Shown: positions 26,032 through 35,989 of the stretch, one piece after another
How the letters are laid out: each line of letters begins with the position of its first letter
How positions within the stretch are numbered: the stretch's first letter is position 1
NCBI GenBank assembly: GCA_002500135.1
Contig: DLSM01000010.1
Span: 69,063 to 133,062 of the forward strand
Length of the DNA: 64,000 nucleotides
From: Christensenella sp. UBA7862
GTDB taxonomy: Bacteria > Bacillota > Clostridia > Christensenellales > UBA1242
Direction of reading: 5' to 3'
The notes under the pieces: generated by a model
The model's database searches: none
The model's input: only the letters and a program-made list of their open reading frames with translations
What the model was told of the DNA's origin: nothing
Position numbers and translations under genes: made by a program

Positions 26032-28398
26032 ATGAAATATGTTAGAAATGTTGACGATTTGAAAAAATACACTTTTGAATTCTTTGACGCCTTTTTGCCT
26101 CAAATGCTTTCCGACCAAATGGTCAATTATTTTTTGCTTAATATGGGTGATGGGGAAACGCTTGAAAGAAGTGCCATAGCATATATGTCACAAGGGAAGA
26201 TTACCCCCGAAGCAGTGGCGGACTATGGCGAGGCTATTTTGCAACTGAATGACTATAGAGGGCTTCTTAAAAAGTTTGTGGAACTTTTACTTAAGGCCAA
26301 AAATTATGAAGGGCTTTGTGCGTTTTTAAATAGAATTTTCTTGCAACAAGTTGGCGACTGCAAATATAGAAGTGTCAAAAAGGAATATTCAATAAATGAA
26401 AGATATTTCGATAGATTTGTAGAGATTGTTACATATTGTGCCATTGACAGAAGACTATACACACCTTTCTTTCTCGCAATCTTTGCAAGTGAGGCGGGGT
26501 CACGAATGTCTTATTACAAAGAACCACTGAAAGAATATCTTGATGTTTTTTTGAAAGACGGCGAAGATGATGAGTTTATATCCCAACTTTTGGGACTTGA
26601 CAACAAAGAGGGCATAAAGGAATATGCGTCATCAAATATGCAAAAGACCTTGAAAGCTGTTATTATGGAATACATCTCGGGCGAGAATGGCAGCGCCGTG
26701 CTTGCAAAGCGTGCAGTTGCCATGCATAAACTTGAGGCGTTAGCCATTTTGGAAGAAATCTTGTCGGGAAATGAAGAAAACCTAAAACCAAAAGCTGTTC
26801 AACTTTTGTGTTCATTAAAAGAAGATAGACGAGTTAAAGAAAAGTTAAAGACGCTTTATGAAACAACTGAAAACGCAAGAATTGCAACAATTCTTGAAAA
26901 AGAATGTGGCTTTGAAACGCTTAGAATGTTTGAAACAGAAGGTGAGTTTTTAAGCGAAGTGGAAAGAACCACTCCTCAAATTCAAGAAAGACTTTATGGC
27001 GTTAGGCTTAAAAGATTTTATGACAAGCATGGACTTGACAACACTGGCACAAATGGCAGAATTTTGACATACGTTATGGAAACGTTTAAGTCAAAAGAAA
27101 TTGACTCCAACTTAAGTGCCTACAAAGAGTATTTTCAATATGTGGACAAAGATGTGCTTCAAAGGCTTTGTGATGTCATATGGGAAGTTGCTTTTTTAAA
27201 GGGCAAATTCTTGTGCAGCAAATGGGCAATGAGGCTTGTCGCGGTTTTTGCATCCATGCCACTTATAAAAGAAATTACAGAAAGTTTGAAACTTTGGCTT
27301 TTTGACAAAAACATGGCGACAAATGCAAAATATTTTGTGGATATGCTTGCAAGCAGCGGTCATGAGGGAACAATTTATGTTGTGAGGGAAATGCAAAAGG
27401 AAAACCTTTCACCAAAGCAAAAAAAATATTTTGAACAAAAACTTGAGAACTTTTCGGATAGAAGCAGCCAAAGCATTGAAGAAGTTAAGGACAAACTTGC
27501 AGACACATTCGGCTTTGACAAAGACGGATATTTGGAACTGGACATTGGAACAAGAATTTTGCTTGCGAAAATCAACCTCGATTGCACAATTTCAATATAT
27601 AATAGTGCAACGGGCAAACCAGCAAGGCTTAAAGGTGAAGAAAAATGTCAAGGCGAAAATGTTAAAAAATATCTCAAACAACTTGAAAAGGAAGTTAAGG
27701 AACAACGCAAAAGATTGTGGACAAGTTTTATGGAGTTTAGAGGATATGACCTCGCAACTTTCCGCAAGTGCATTGTAAACAACTGCCTTCTAAATTTCCT
27801 TTCGCAACACCTTTATTGGGGAAAATACAAAAAAGATAAACTATGCGAAGTTTGCGTTTTCCATGACGATAGACTTGTGCATGAAGCAGGCAATGTGCTT
27901 GACGACCTTGACGACTACACAATTGCTATTTTGCAACCACTTGATGCAGAACTTTATGCCAGCAGACTAAACGGCAGAATTGAGCCTCTGTTCGACCAAA
28001 TGAACTTCCCACATTACAGAGCAGACGAAAGTGTTGCAAATTGCAACTATGTTGATGTTCTGTCGGGGGTGTTCTGCAATGCACAACTGTTTGTTACAAG
28101 ACTGGAAAAATTAAAATTTAAGGTGGCGGACTTAGATAGCCGTGGCACATTTGGAACATTGTTTAAAGCAAACAAAAACTTAAACCTAATTACAACTGTG
28201 GAATTTGAGCGAGTGCCAATGACAAATCAAAATTGTGGCACAACACTGGGGAAAATAAGATTTTATGACCTTTCCCGTCAAACCAAAAATGGCAAAATTT
28301 ATGCTCTAAACAAGTCCGAAGCCCTAACCATAAAGGAAATAAACGAATATATCCTAAGCAACGAAATCGGACAAATTATCAAAGCCACAAAAGGATAA
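26032..28398 (+). CDS. large cytoplasmic helical-repeat protein, probable DUF4132 (MolR-like) family
   Basis: 788 aa. The C-terminal third (...HLYWGKY...DDYTIAILQPLDAEL...EPLFDQMNFPHY...) resembles my recollection of the DUF4132 signature. Assignment made by eye only. Confidence 0.45.
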   Translation: MKYVRNVDDLKKYTFEFFDAFLPQMLSDQMVNYFLLNMGDGETLERSAIAYMSQGKITPEAVADYGEAILQLNDYRGLLKKFVELLLKAKNYEGLCAFLNRIFLQQVGDCKYRSVKKEYSINERYFDRFVEIVTYCAIDRRLYTPFFLAIFASEAGSRMSYYKEPLKEYLDVFLKDGEDDEFISQLLGLDNKEGIKEYASSNMQKTLKAVIMEYISGENGSAVLAKRAVAMHKLEALAILEEILSGNEENLKPKAVQLLCSLKEDRRVKEKLKTLYETTENARIATILEKECGFETLRMFETEGEFLSEVERTTPQIQERLYGVRLKRFYDKHGLDNTGTNGRILTYVMETFKSKEIDSNLSAYKEYFQYVDKDVLQRLCDVIWEVAFLKGKFLCSKWAMRLVAVFASMPLIKEITESLKLWLFDKNMATNAKYFVDMLASSGHEGTIYVVREMQKENLSPKQKKYFEQKLENFSDRSSQSIEEVKDKLADTFGFDKDGYLELDIGTRILLAKINLDCTISIYNSATGKPARLKGEEKCQGENVKKYLKQLEKEVKEQRKRLWTSFMEFRGYDLATFRKCIVNNCLLNFLSQHLYWGKYKKDKLCEVCVFHDDRLVHEAGNVLDDLDDYTIAILQPLDAELYASRLNGRIEPLFDQMNFPHYRADESVANCNYVDVLSGVFCNAQLFVTRLEKLKFKVADLDSRGTFGTLFKANKNLNLITTVEFERVPMTNQNCGTTLGKIRFYDLSRQTKNGKIYALNKSEALTIKEINEYILSNEIGQIIKATKG

Positions 28399-28424
28399 AA
28401 AAACTCCCGTTTGGGAGTTTTTTG
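28399..28424 (+). terminator. intrinsic terminator
   Basis: AAACTCCC-GTTT-GGGAGTTT followed by a T-run. Confidence 0.75.
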
Positions 28425-28496
28425 CTATATTTTTTGTTTTTATAATTTTATCAGATTTTGCAAACATGATAGAATGTTACAAATTTCACACATTTA

Positions 28497-29108
28497 TTAT
28501 TTATTTTTCACTGGCTTCTTTTCGTTGTAAGATTTGTTGTGAGGGGCGGTTTTTGTGAGTTTGTGGGTTGGGGAAGATTGCTCGTCTTTGTCGTGGTCAT
28601 TTTCAAGTGCGCCAGAGTTTTTGCCGTGTTCTGCTATTTCGCTGCCCGGTTTGTTGTTTTCCACTAAGATATATGGCTTAAGGCGTTCAATGTTACTTTC
28701 CTCAAGTTCCAAAAGTCGTTTGCCAAAGAAGACAAGTTCGGGCTTGCATTTTTGGCAGTCGGAAAGAACGCTCATTAGGTCAATTACGCCCATTGTTGTG
28801 CCGTAAATGTTTACGCTGGCAATTTTTCTGTTTGATTTGTCAAGCATTGTTGCCATGTTCACAGAAAACCACATTTTTGCTTTTTTAAAGAACCCGTTGT
28901 TCACCAGTTCAATGTCCATGACTTGCGCCAAGTCCTCACAACTTTCGCTGAACTCGTCATAGTTCTTAAACTGTTTTTTTAGTTCTCTTTTAAGTTTGCT
29001 GTCTTGCACCTTTTCCATAACATTATTTATAGATTGCATTGCAGTTTGAATGTTTTGATGCAATGCAATAAGCAAATTTGTGTTCATTTCCTTTTGACTT
29101 TTTGGCAT
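28497..29108 (-). CDS. hypothetical helical protein with low-complexity basic C-terminal tail
   Basis: ATG at 29108 has an AAGGGGG RBS 7 nt upstream. 203 aa, no family recognised. Confidence 0.5.
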   Translation of the reverse strand: MPKSQKEMNTNLLIALHQNIQTAMQSINNVMEKVQDSKLKRELKKQFKNYDEFSESCEDLAQVMDIELVNNGFFKKAKMWFSVNMATMLDKSNRKIASVNIYGTTMGVIDLMSVLSDCQKCKPELVFFGKRLLELEESNIERLKPYILVENNKPGSEIAEHGKNSGALENDHDKDEQSSPTHKLTKTAPHNKSYNEKKPVKNK

Positions 29109-29181
29109 AATAGCCCCCTTTTTCATAGTTAGTTTGGCAGGTTTCAAAAATTTTATACATCTTTACACAAAAAATTGGGTC

Positions 29182-29209
29182 TTGACAAATCTTCAAACAA
29201 AAGTATAAT
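29182..29209 (+). promoter_or_regulatory. near-consensus sigma-A promoter
   Basis: TTGACA (29182-29187), 16-nt spacer, TATAAT (29204-29209), 21 nt upstream of the ATG at 29231. Confidence 0.5.
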
Positions 29210-29230
29210 TTTTATGTAATGAGGTGAATT

Positions 29231-29809
29231 ATGACAAATTGGTCTTTTAACAGTGAAGATGTATCAGAATTTATGCTTGAAAACTCGTTTATCAAATCCG
29301 CTAAAAATTTTCCAACGTTCGAGGGCAAAAAGGGACTTTCTCTTATGGTCGGACGAAATGGCGATTTGACAACTTTGTGGAAGATTGAGCCATGCAGATT
29401 TTGGCAAGTGGAAAGGAACCTTACAACTGGCGAAGAAAAATTTATTAACGATTGGACGTTTCAGTGGATGGACTTTTTGGCAAAAAAACATGGGCAAGAA
29501 TATATCGACTATCTAACTAGTTATATCCCACAACTTCAAAAAGAATACAGACAATTTCAATCAAGAATTATGTCAACAAGAACAGAAAGGGAACTTAGAA
29601 CTCTTCCAGAGTGTGTTCTTATCAAAAAAATTGAAAGTTGCCCAAACATCGGCTCCACTGACGATTTTGACGAGAAATATGAAGACTTTGAAGGGCATAA
29701 ACAACGTTTCGACAACAAAGTCTATCGCTATATGGAGATGAAGTGGAACAAAATCAAATATCTTGAAAAACACTTCTCTCAAAAACAAGCCCCTGAGCAT
29801 GAAATGTAA
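29231..29809 (+). CDS. hypothetical cytoplasmic protein (192 aa)
   Basis: ORF with a GAGGTG RBS. No recognisable motifs. Confidence 0.5.
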   Translation: MTNWSFNSEDVSEFMLENSFIKSAKNFPTFEGKKGLSLMVGRNGDLTTLWKIEPCRFWQVERNLTTGEEKFINDWTFQWMDFLAKKHGQEYIDYLTSYIPQLQKEYRQFQSRIMSTRTERELRTLPECVLIKKIESCPNIGSTDDFDEKYEDFEGHKQRFDNKVYRYMEMKWNKIKYLEKHFSQKQAPEHEM

Positions 29810-29834
29810 AAAACTCCCAGACGGGAGTTTTTTA
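29810..29834. terminator. bidirectional intrinsic terminator
   Basis: AAACTCCC-AGAC-GGGAGTTT with A-run and T-run flanks. It overlaps the stop of the convergent minus-strand gene. Confidence 0.75.
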
Positions 29835-30272
29835 TACATAAATAACTCTTTTCCCAGAGCGGATAGCATAATCTACTGTTTTGCTAGCACCGCTGCGGCA
29901 CGTGTTTTCGATGTGACATACAACAACGTCACTGTTATCAACAATCCACCTATTTCTTTTCAAAATAAGCTGTTTTGGATAAACCTTTTCAAGCCCAGCC
30001 GAAACAAACCCATCAAAACAAGGCATTAAGTTGTCTTGTTCTTTTTTTGACGGAACAGAACACACAACACGATATATTTTCACACTTTGATACTTAAATT
30101 TAAGCCCAGCAACCACATTTGCACACAAATTGTCAAACGCACCCCTGTTGCCATCAAAAAAAGTCGTGTAGCCTTCTTTTATCAGCCCCTCAACCACCTC
30201 TTTCACCTTATCTTGAACCCCAACACACCTAAATTCCAACGAATGTCCCGCAAAACAAACTGTATTATTCAT
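29832..30272 (-). CDS. SLOG-superfamily DUF1273 (YpsA/YoqJ-like) protein
   Basis: 146 aa. VCFAGHSLEF...LIKEGYTTFFDGNRGAFDNLCANVV matches the (C/F)FTGHR...G...F..G...G.D pattern of DUF1273. Confidence 0.55.
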   Translation of the reverse strand: MNNTVCFAGHSLEFRCVGVQDKVKEVVEGLIKEGYTTFFDGNRGAFDNLCANVVAGLKFKYQSVKIYRVVCSVPSKKEQDNLMPCFDGFVSAGLEKVYPKQLILKRNRWIVDNSDVVVCHIENTCRSGASKTVDYAIRSGKRVIYV

Positions 30273-30390
30273 AACACCCCACTAATTTACAATAGTGAAG
30301 TAATTATACAACCACAAGGAATTATTTGCAACCGAATTTAACATTATAATAGTGAACGAAAGGTAACTATTTTAAATAAAGGAATTGATT

Positions 30391-30714
30391 ATGGACATTT
30401 GTAGAAAAATTGACATGATGAGAGTTGCAAAAGGGTGGACTTTTTATAGGTTAAGTCAAGAAACTGGTCTTTCTCAACAGACTTTTATTCGTTGGATGAG
30501 CGGGAATACTATCCCTACTATTCCAGCACTTCAAAGCGTGTGTGATGCATTCGGAATAACACTAGCAGAATTTTTTGCCGATTTATCTGGTGAACAAATT
30601 GTAGCAGTCAATTCGGACACAAAAGAATTATTTGAAAATTGGAAATATCTATCTGCAAGCGAAAAACAATCAATTCTTACAATTATGCAAAATTACATAA
30701 AGGGCAATAAGTAA
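30391..30714 (+). CDS. XRE-family helix-turn-helix transcriptional regulator
   Basis: KGWTFYRLSQETGLSQQTFIRWMSGNTIPTIPALQSVCDAFGITLAEFF is a Cro/C1-type HTH. Confidence 0.8.
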   Translation: MDICRKIDMMRVAKGWTFYRLSQETGLSQQTFIRWMSGNTIPTIPALQSVCDAFGITLAEFFADLSGEQIVAVNSDTKELFENWKYLSASEKQSILTIMQNYIKGNK

Positions 30715-30827
30715 ATATAGTATAAAATATCGGAAAAAAGTATGTAAAATGGCATTGTTGCATTTTTCTCTTGACTTTTTGCTGTGTTAAAAATAAACTT
30801 TATGCAGATAATATTTTAGGGGGAAAA

Positions 30828-32129
30828 ATGAGAAGATTTTGGGAGAAGGCTAGAGTTTGGATGTTATGCATAAACTACACGCTTGTTATGGCGTTGCTGT
30901 GCATAGTTATTTACGGTGCGACCGCTCAAAGGACTTCTTCAAATGTGACTGTAACTTACAATCGCCCAACTTACACTGCAACTTTTGACCCAAATGGTGG
31001 GACTTGTGACACTGCAAGCAAAAACATAAAACTTGGTGACAATTATGGCACTCTTCCAACTCCAACTAGAACGGGCTATGACTTCTCGGGTTGGTTTGCG
31101 GGAAGTTCAGCTGTGTCAAGCGGGACACAATACAAAACAGTCGGCAACACAACTTTGACTGCAAGTTGGAGTGCTAAATCTTACACAATAACAAGCGGAA
31201 CAAACCTCCCTGGCTCAAGCATTTCCGTCCCCTCAAGTGGAAAATTCGGGAGTGGCATTTCAATCTCTTCAAGCGGCAGTGCCACGGGATATAACTACTC
31301 ATTAACAAATATAAAAATTTATTCGGGTAACTCCACAAACGGAACTCTGCTTGCAACAATAACTTCAACTTCTTCCTCTTGGACAATGAGCGGAACATAT
31401 TATTCGTCAATTTATGTTTATGCCACTTGGACAAGAAGTGCAAAAACATATACACTAACACTTGACCGTCAAAGCGGAAGTGGTGGTTCTTCAACTGCAA
31501 CAGCAACATACAATGCCACTGTTCCAAACATTTCTATTCCAACCAGAAACGGCTATACTTTTGGCGGATACTACACTGGCACAAATGGCTCGGGAACACA
31601 ATACTACAATGCATCTGGCACAGGTCTTAAAACCTGGACAACAGACGGCGGTGCAACACTTTATGCCAAGTGGACTGCCATTCCAACGACTTTAACTGCA
31701 ACTTCATATACTATTTCCGTCCCTCGAGGTACAAGCACTTACACTGCAGGATGGATACAACTTAATCTTGGTGGCGGTGGAGGCAAGTGGACATTGCAAT
31801 GCACCAATTTAAGTATAAAGGCAGGTGTAAGTGATTTTGAAGTTATACGTTATGATAGTGATTATTCAAATCAGAGATATGTAAAGAGTAGCACATCTGA
31901 TGCCCAATTCCACACAAAACAAACAGAAAATGCGAACAAAGTAACTGGCGAAACAACAAATTCTACTATTTGGTTGCATCATGATTTGTCTGGTGTTTCG
32001 TATATTGACAGTGACGGAACAAAAGAACGACAAAGAATGTATTACACATTCACAATTCGTGCCACGAGTGCTTATAACGGAACATACAAAGATATTCAAG
32101 TTCAAATGATTTATTTGTATGACGAATAG
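30828..32129 (+). CDS. surface-protein family paralog 1 (intact frame): N-terminal signal anchor, Listeria-Bacteroides (Flg_new) repeats, unknown C-terminal domain
   Basis: [34 protein letters not shown]... then [11 protein letters not shown]...[15 protein letters not shown] and YTLTLD...[14 protein letters not shown]...LYAKWT repeats. The N-terminal 90 aa are collinear with the genes at 35990 and 38761. Confidence 0.8.
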   Translation: MRRFWEKARVWMLCINYTLVMALLCIVIYGATAQRTSSNVTVTYNRPTYTATFDPNGGTCDTASKNIKLGDNYGTLPTPTRTGYDFSGWFAGSSAVSSGTQYKTVGNTTLTASWSAKSYTITSGTNLPGSSISVPSSGKFGSGISISSSGSATGYNYSLTNIKIYSGNSTNGTLLATITSTSSSWTMSGTYYSSIYVYATWTRSAKTYTLTLDRQSGSGGSSTATATYNATVPNISIPTRNGYTFGGYYTGTNGSGTQYYNASGTGLKTWTTDGGATLYAKWTAIPTTLTATSYTISVPRGTSTYTAGWIQLNLGGGGGKWTLQCTNLSIKAGVSDFEVIRYDSDYSNQRYVKSSTSDAQFHTKQTENANKVTGETTNSTIWLHHDLSGVSYIDSDGTKERQRMYYTFTIRATSAYNGTYKDIQVQMIYLYDE

Positions 32130-32130
32130 C

Positions 32131-32158
32131 AAAAAAGACTGGAAATTCCAGTCTTTTT
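32131..32158. terminator. bidirectional intrinsic terminator
   Basis: A6-GACTGG-AAATT-CCAGTC-T5, between convergent genes. Confidence 0.75.
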
Positions 32159-32186
32159 GCTTGTATATTTTGTTCGCAAGGGTGGG

Positions 32187-33209
<1,023 letters not shown>

Positions 33210-33306
33210 CTAACAGTAGAATACAACAAGGATATTTTCCCCTGATGACTGTATTATACAACAAAGACTGTCCATCTTCCAACTTTTAAAACAAACTTTT
33301 ACACAT

Positions 33307-34329
33307 TTATTTCACTTTTTTTGTGGAAGTGGTCGCTTTTGGCGCCTTTTTTGTGTTGCTTTTAACCGTTTTTGCTTTTGTAGAAGTCGTTTTTGTCACT
33401 TTTTCTTTCTTAGTGACGGTCTTTTTGCTAGTTTTAGTTGCTTTTTCAGATAAAGTGTTTTTGTTTTCAAGTTTTTGAGTTTTACTTGCAGATTTTTCTT
33501 CAAATGTTGAGCATTCAATCACTTCGCCAGTGTTTCTTAAGTCAAAAAAGTGCTTGCAAACCATCATAAGACAAACGGAAAGTGAAACTATCATAAAAAA
33601 CACAGACACAAGAGTTATTGCAAGTTGATGAGCGGGGAACAGGATGTCGAATGTTATCATAAGAGCAAGTGCAACTTCAAATATTATGTTGGATACAACA
33701 GCACTCCTCAAGGCAGAGGACTTCTGATGAAAATCTGGCGAGTATGTTTCGCTTGCGCCGTCAATGAAGATTGTTTTTGACTGAAAACCTACAAGTGAGT
33801 TTGAATTTTTAAGAAGGCAAGATTTTTCGGGGAGTGATTGCATAATTTCCACCACATCACGAGAGTAAAGTCCCAAAGACAGGACATTCCCGCTGTCTTT
33901 CTGATTTGCCACAAGGGAAGAAAAGAGTTTGGAACAATTTGACCATAGATTTGCAAAAAAGCCTTTTGCTTTGCCAAAACTCTTTGCCAAATGCACAATA
34001 TCCGCTCCGTTTTTGTGTTCGTCAAGACACATTTCAAACACAGTGTCAATGCCACACAAAGCACAGTCACCAAGAAGCAAAACATCGCCGTCAAAGTCTT
34101 TTAGGCAAGTTTTGAATGCGTCATTATAACTAAATCTTTTTTCAAAAACATTGAGCGTTACATTTGGAATGGTCTTAATATAAGCCAAGTTTTTGTCATC
34201 GGAGTTCTCGCAAGCAAAGACAATTTTTCTATCTATGTGGGTTTTGTAAAATTCGCTTTTTGAAAATTCCTCAAAAAACTTTTTTGCGTCAACATCTTTG
34301 AATATTGGAAAAAAATAACATATTTTCAT
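33307..34329 (-). CDS. hypothetical membrane protein: N-terminal cytoplasmic domain, two TM helices, Lys/Thr-rich tail
   Basis: ATG at 34329 (MKICYFFPIF...). TM region IIFEVALALMITFDILF...LVSVFFMIVSLSVCLMMV. Tail KTSKKTVTKKEKVTKTTSTKAKTVKSNTKKAPKATTSTKKVK. A glycosyltransferase-like N-domain is only a guess. Confidence 0.5.
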   Translation of the reverse strand: MKICYFFPIFKDVDAKKFFEEFSKSEFYKTHIDRKIVFACENSDDKNLAYIKTIPNVTLNVFEKRFSYNDAFKTCLKDFDGDVLLLGDCALCGIDTVFEMCLDEHKNGADIVHLAKSFGKAKGFFANLWSNCSKLFSSLVANQKDSGNVLSLGLYSRDVVEIMQSLPEKSCLLKNSNSLVGFQSKTIFIDGASETYSPDFHQKSSALRSAVVSNIIFEVALALMITFDILFPAHQLAITLVSVFFMIVSLSVCLMMVCKHFFDLRNTGEVIECSTFEEKSASKTQKLENKNTLSEKATKTSKKTVTKKEKVTKTTSTKAKTVKSNTKKAPKATTSTKKVK

Positions 34330-34452
34330 ACTAAAAGTATAACTTATTCTAAAAAAAAAGAAAACAAAATTTAAGAAAATTTGCAAAAATGGGAATATTT
34401 ATTTAACAATTTCTAAAAAACAATGTAAAATATTGGCATAAAGGAGTAAATT

Positions 34453-35379
34453 ATGGAAAAATTTTTGTTGACTGACGCACTTAAAAATGGATACGCCGTT
34501 GGTGCTTTTAACTTTGGAACAATGGAAGTTTTAAAGGCAATTATTCTTGGGGCAGAGAGCAAAAACTCTCCCGTTATTTGCCAAATTTCTGAAAGTGCAA
34601 TGAACTTTGTGGGTGATGAATATCTCAAAAACCTCATTAAGGCTGCGAGAAAAACTTGCCACGTGCCAGTTAGTTTTCACCTTGACCATGGCAGGTCTTT
34701 TGAAATGGCAAAAAGAGCAATTAAGGCAGGTTGCGACTCGGTGATGATTGACGCTTCAATGCTTCCTTATGAAGACAATGTTGCAATCACCAAAAAAGTT
34801 GTAGATTATGCACACGCAAAGGGAGTGTTTGTTGAAGGGGAACTTGGCTCCATTGCTGGCATAGAAGACGAACTGAAAGTTGAAGATAAAAACAGTTTTT
34901 ACACTTCTCCAAAGCAAGCAAAAGACTTTGTAAAACGCACTGGTGTCGATAGCCTTGCAATAGCAATCGGCACAAAACATGGGGCATATAAATATTCTGG
35001 TGACGCAAAACTTCGCTTTGATATTTTGGAACAAATTCAAAAGGAAATTCCAAATGTTCCACTTGTTTTGCATGGAGCAAGCGGAGTGGAGAAAAGTGAT
35101 GTTGACGCACTTTATGACCTTGGGGTTGATATTCGTGGAGCGAAGGGAATTCCAGAACCATTCCTTCAAAAAGCATGCGGTATGCACATTTGCAAAGTAA
35201 ATGGTGATACCGACCTTAGAATTTCTTATTTGAAGGGAATTTTGGGAGATATTAAAAACAATAACAAAAACATTGACTACAGAAAATATCTCGCCAGCGG
35301 AATGAACGAAATTTCAAAAATTGTCGCACACAAGATTGATGTTTATGGCAGTGCAAACAAAGCACCTAAACAATCATAA
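34453..35379 (+). CDS. fba: class II fructose-1,6-bisphosphate aldolase
   Basis: YAVGAFN, HLDHG, and the GELG and LVLHGASG motifs of class II FBA/tagatose-bisphosphate aldolases. Confidence 0.93.
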   Translation: MEKFLLTDALKNGYAVGAFNFGTMEVLKAIILGAESKNSPVICQISESAMNFVGDEYLKNLIKAARKTCHVPVSFHLDHGRSFEMAKRAIKAGCDSVMIDASMLPYEDNVAITKKVVDYAHAKGVFVEGELGSIAGIEDELKVEDKNSFYTSPKQAKDFVKRTGVDSLAIAIGTKHGAYKYSGDAKLRFDILEQIQKEIPNVPLVLHGASGVEKSDVDALYDLGVDIRGAKGIPEPFLQKACGMHICKVNGDTDLRISYLKGILGDIKNNNKNIDYRKYLASGMNEISKIVAHKIDVYGSANKAPKQS

Positions 35380-35794
35380 CAACAATCAAAAACAGCGAGC
35401 ATACAACCGCCAAAACGGACAAAACTATGCCAATAATTCCAATGGACTTGCGATTGAGCCTGCATTGCATAACGCCAAACACAAAGCCATAAATTGCAAG
35501 GATAATTGAAATTACAATTCCACTGAAAATATATATAACAAGCATCAAAACATATGACATTCCAATTACATCAAGTTCCATAAGATTTGCAATCAAGCAA
35601 CACCCCGACACAAGCAGAGCAATTATGGACAGTGTAAGCGACAACTTGCCATATTTTTTGATGTTTTTTCTTTCTTCCTCTGGCTTTTCCTTGTCGGCAT
35701 TGTATCCGTTTACAATATTCCTAAACAAGAAAAACCCCGTAATCTTTCCCACCGAGTCCTTTTCATCAAGTCCATTTTTGCTTCTTAACTCCAT
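35366..35794 (-). CDS. small polytopic membrane protein (142 aa)
   Basis: ATG at 35794 lies 6 nt downstream of a G9 run that acts as the SD sequence. Three to four hydrophobic helices. The 3' end overlaps the fba stop region. Confidence 0.55.
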   Translation of the reverse strand: MELRSKNGLDEKDSVGKITGFFLFRNIVNGYNADKEKPEEERKNIKKYGKLSLTLSIIALLVSGCCLIANLMELDVIGMSYVLMLVIYIFSGIVISIILAIYGFVFGVMQCRLNRKSIGIIGIVLSVLAVVCSLFLIVVMIV

Positions 35795-35800
35795 TTTCTA

Positions 35801-35809
35801 CCCCCCCCC
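35801..35809. repeat. homopolymer C9 (+) / G9 (-) forming the RBS of the minus-strand gene 35366-35794
   Basis: Read directly: ...tcta ccccccccc atttt... On the minus strand this is TGGATAAAAT-GGGGGGGGG-TAGAAA-ATG. Confidence 0.95.
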
Positions 35810-35901
35810 ATTTTATCCATATTTTGTGCAGAAATTGAATAATTAAAACAGAGCCAGTGCCTTTTATTAAAATTTGTTGCTAAAAAATATCTATCAAAAA
35901 C

Positions 35902-35930
35902 TTGACAACTTGAGCAATATATTTTAAAAT
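35902..35930 (+). promoter_or_regulatory. consensus sigma-A promoter of paralog 2
   Basis: TTGACA (35902-35907), 17 nt, TAAAAT (35925-35930). Confidence 0.55.
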
Positions 35931-35989
35931 TTTTACAGAAAATATTTTAGAATATGAGGCAAAACTTGACGATAAAGGGAGAAGTGGAA

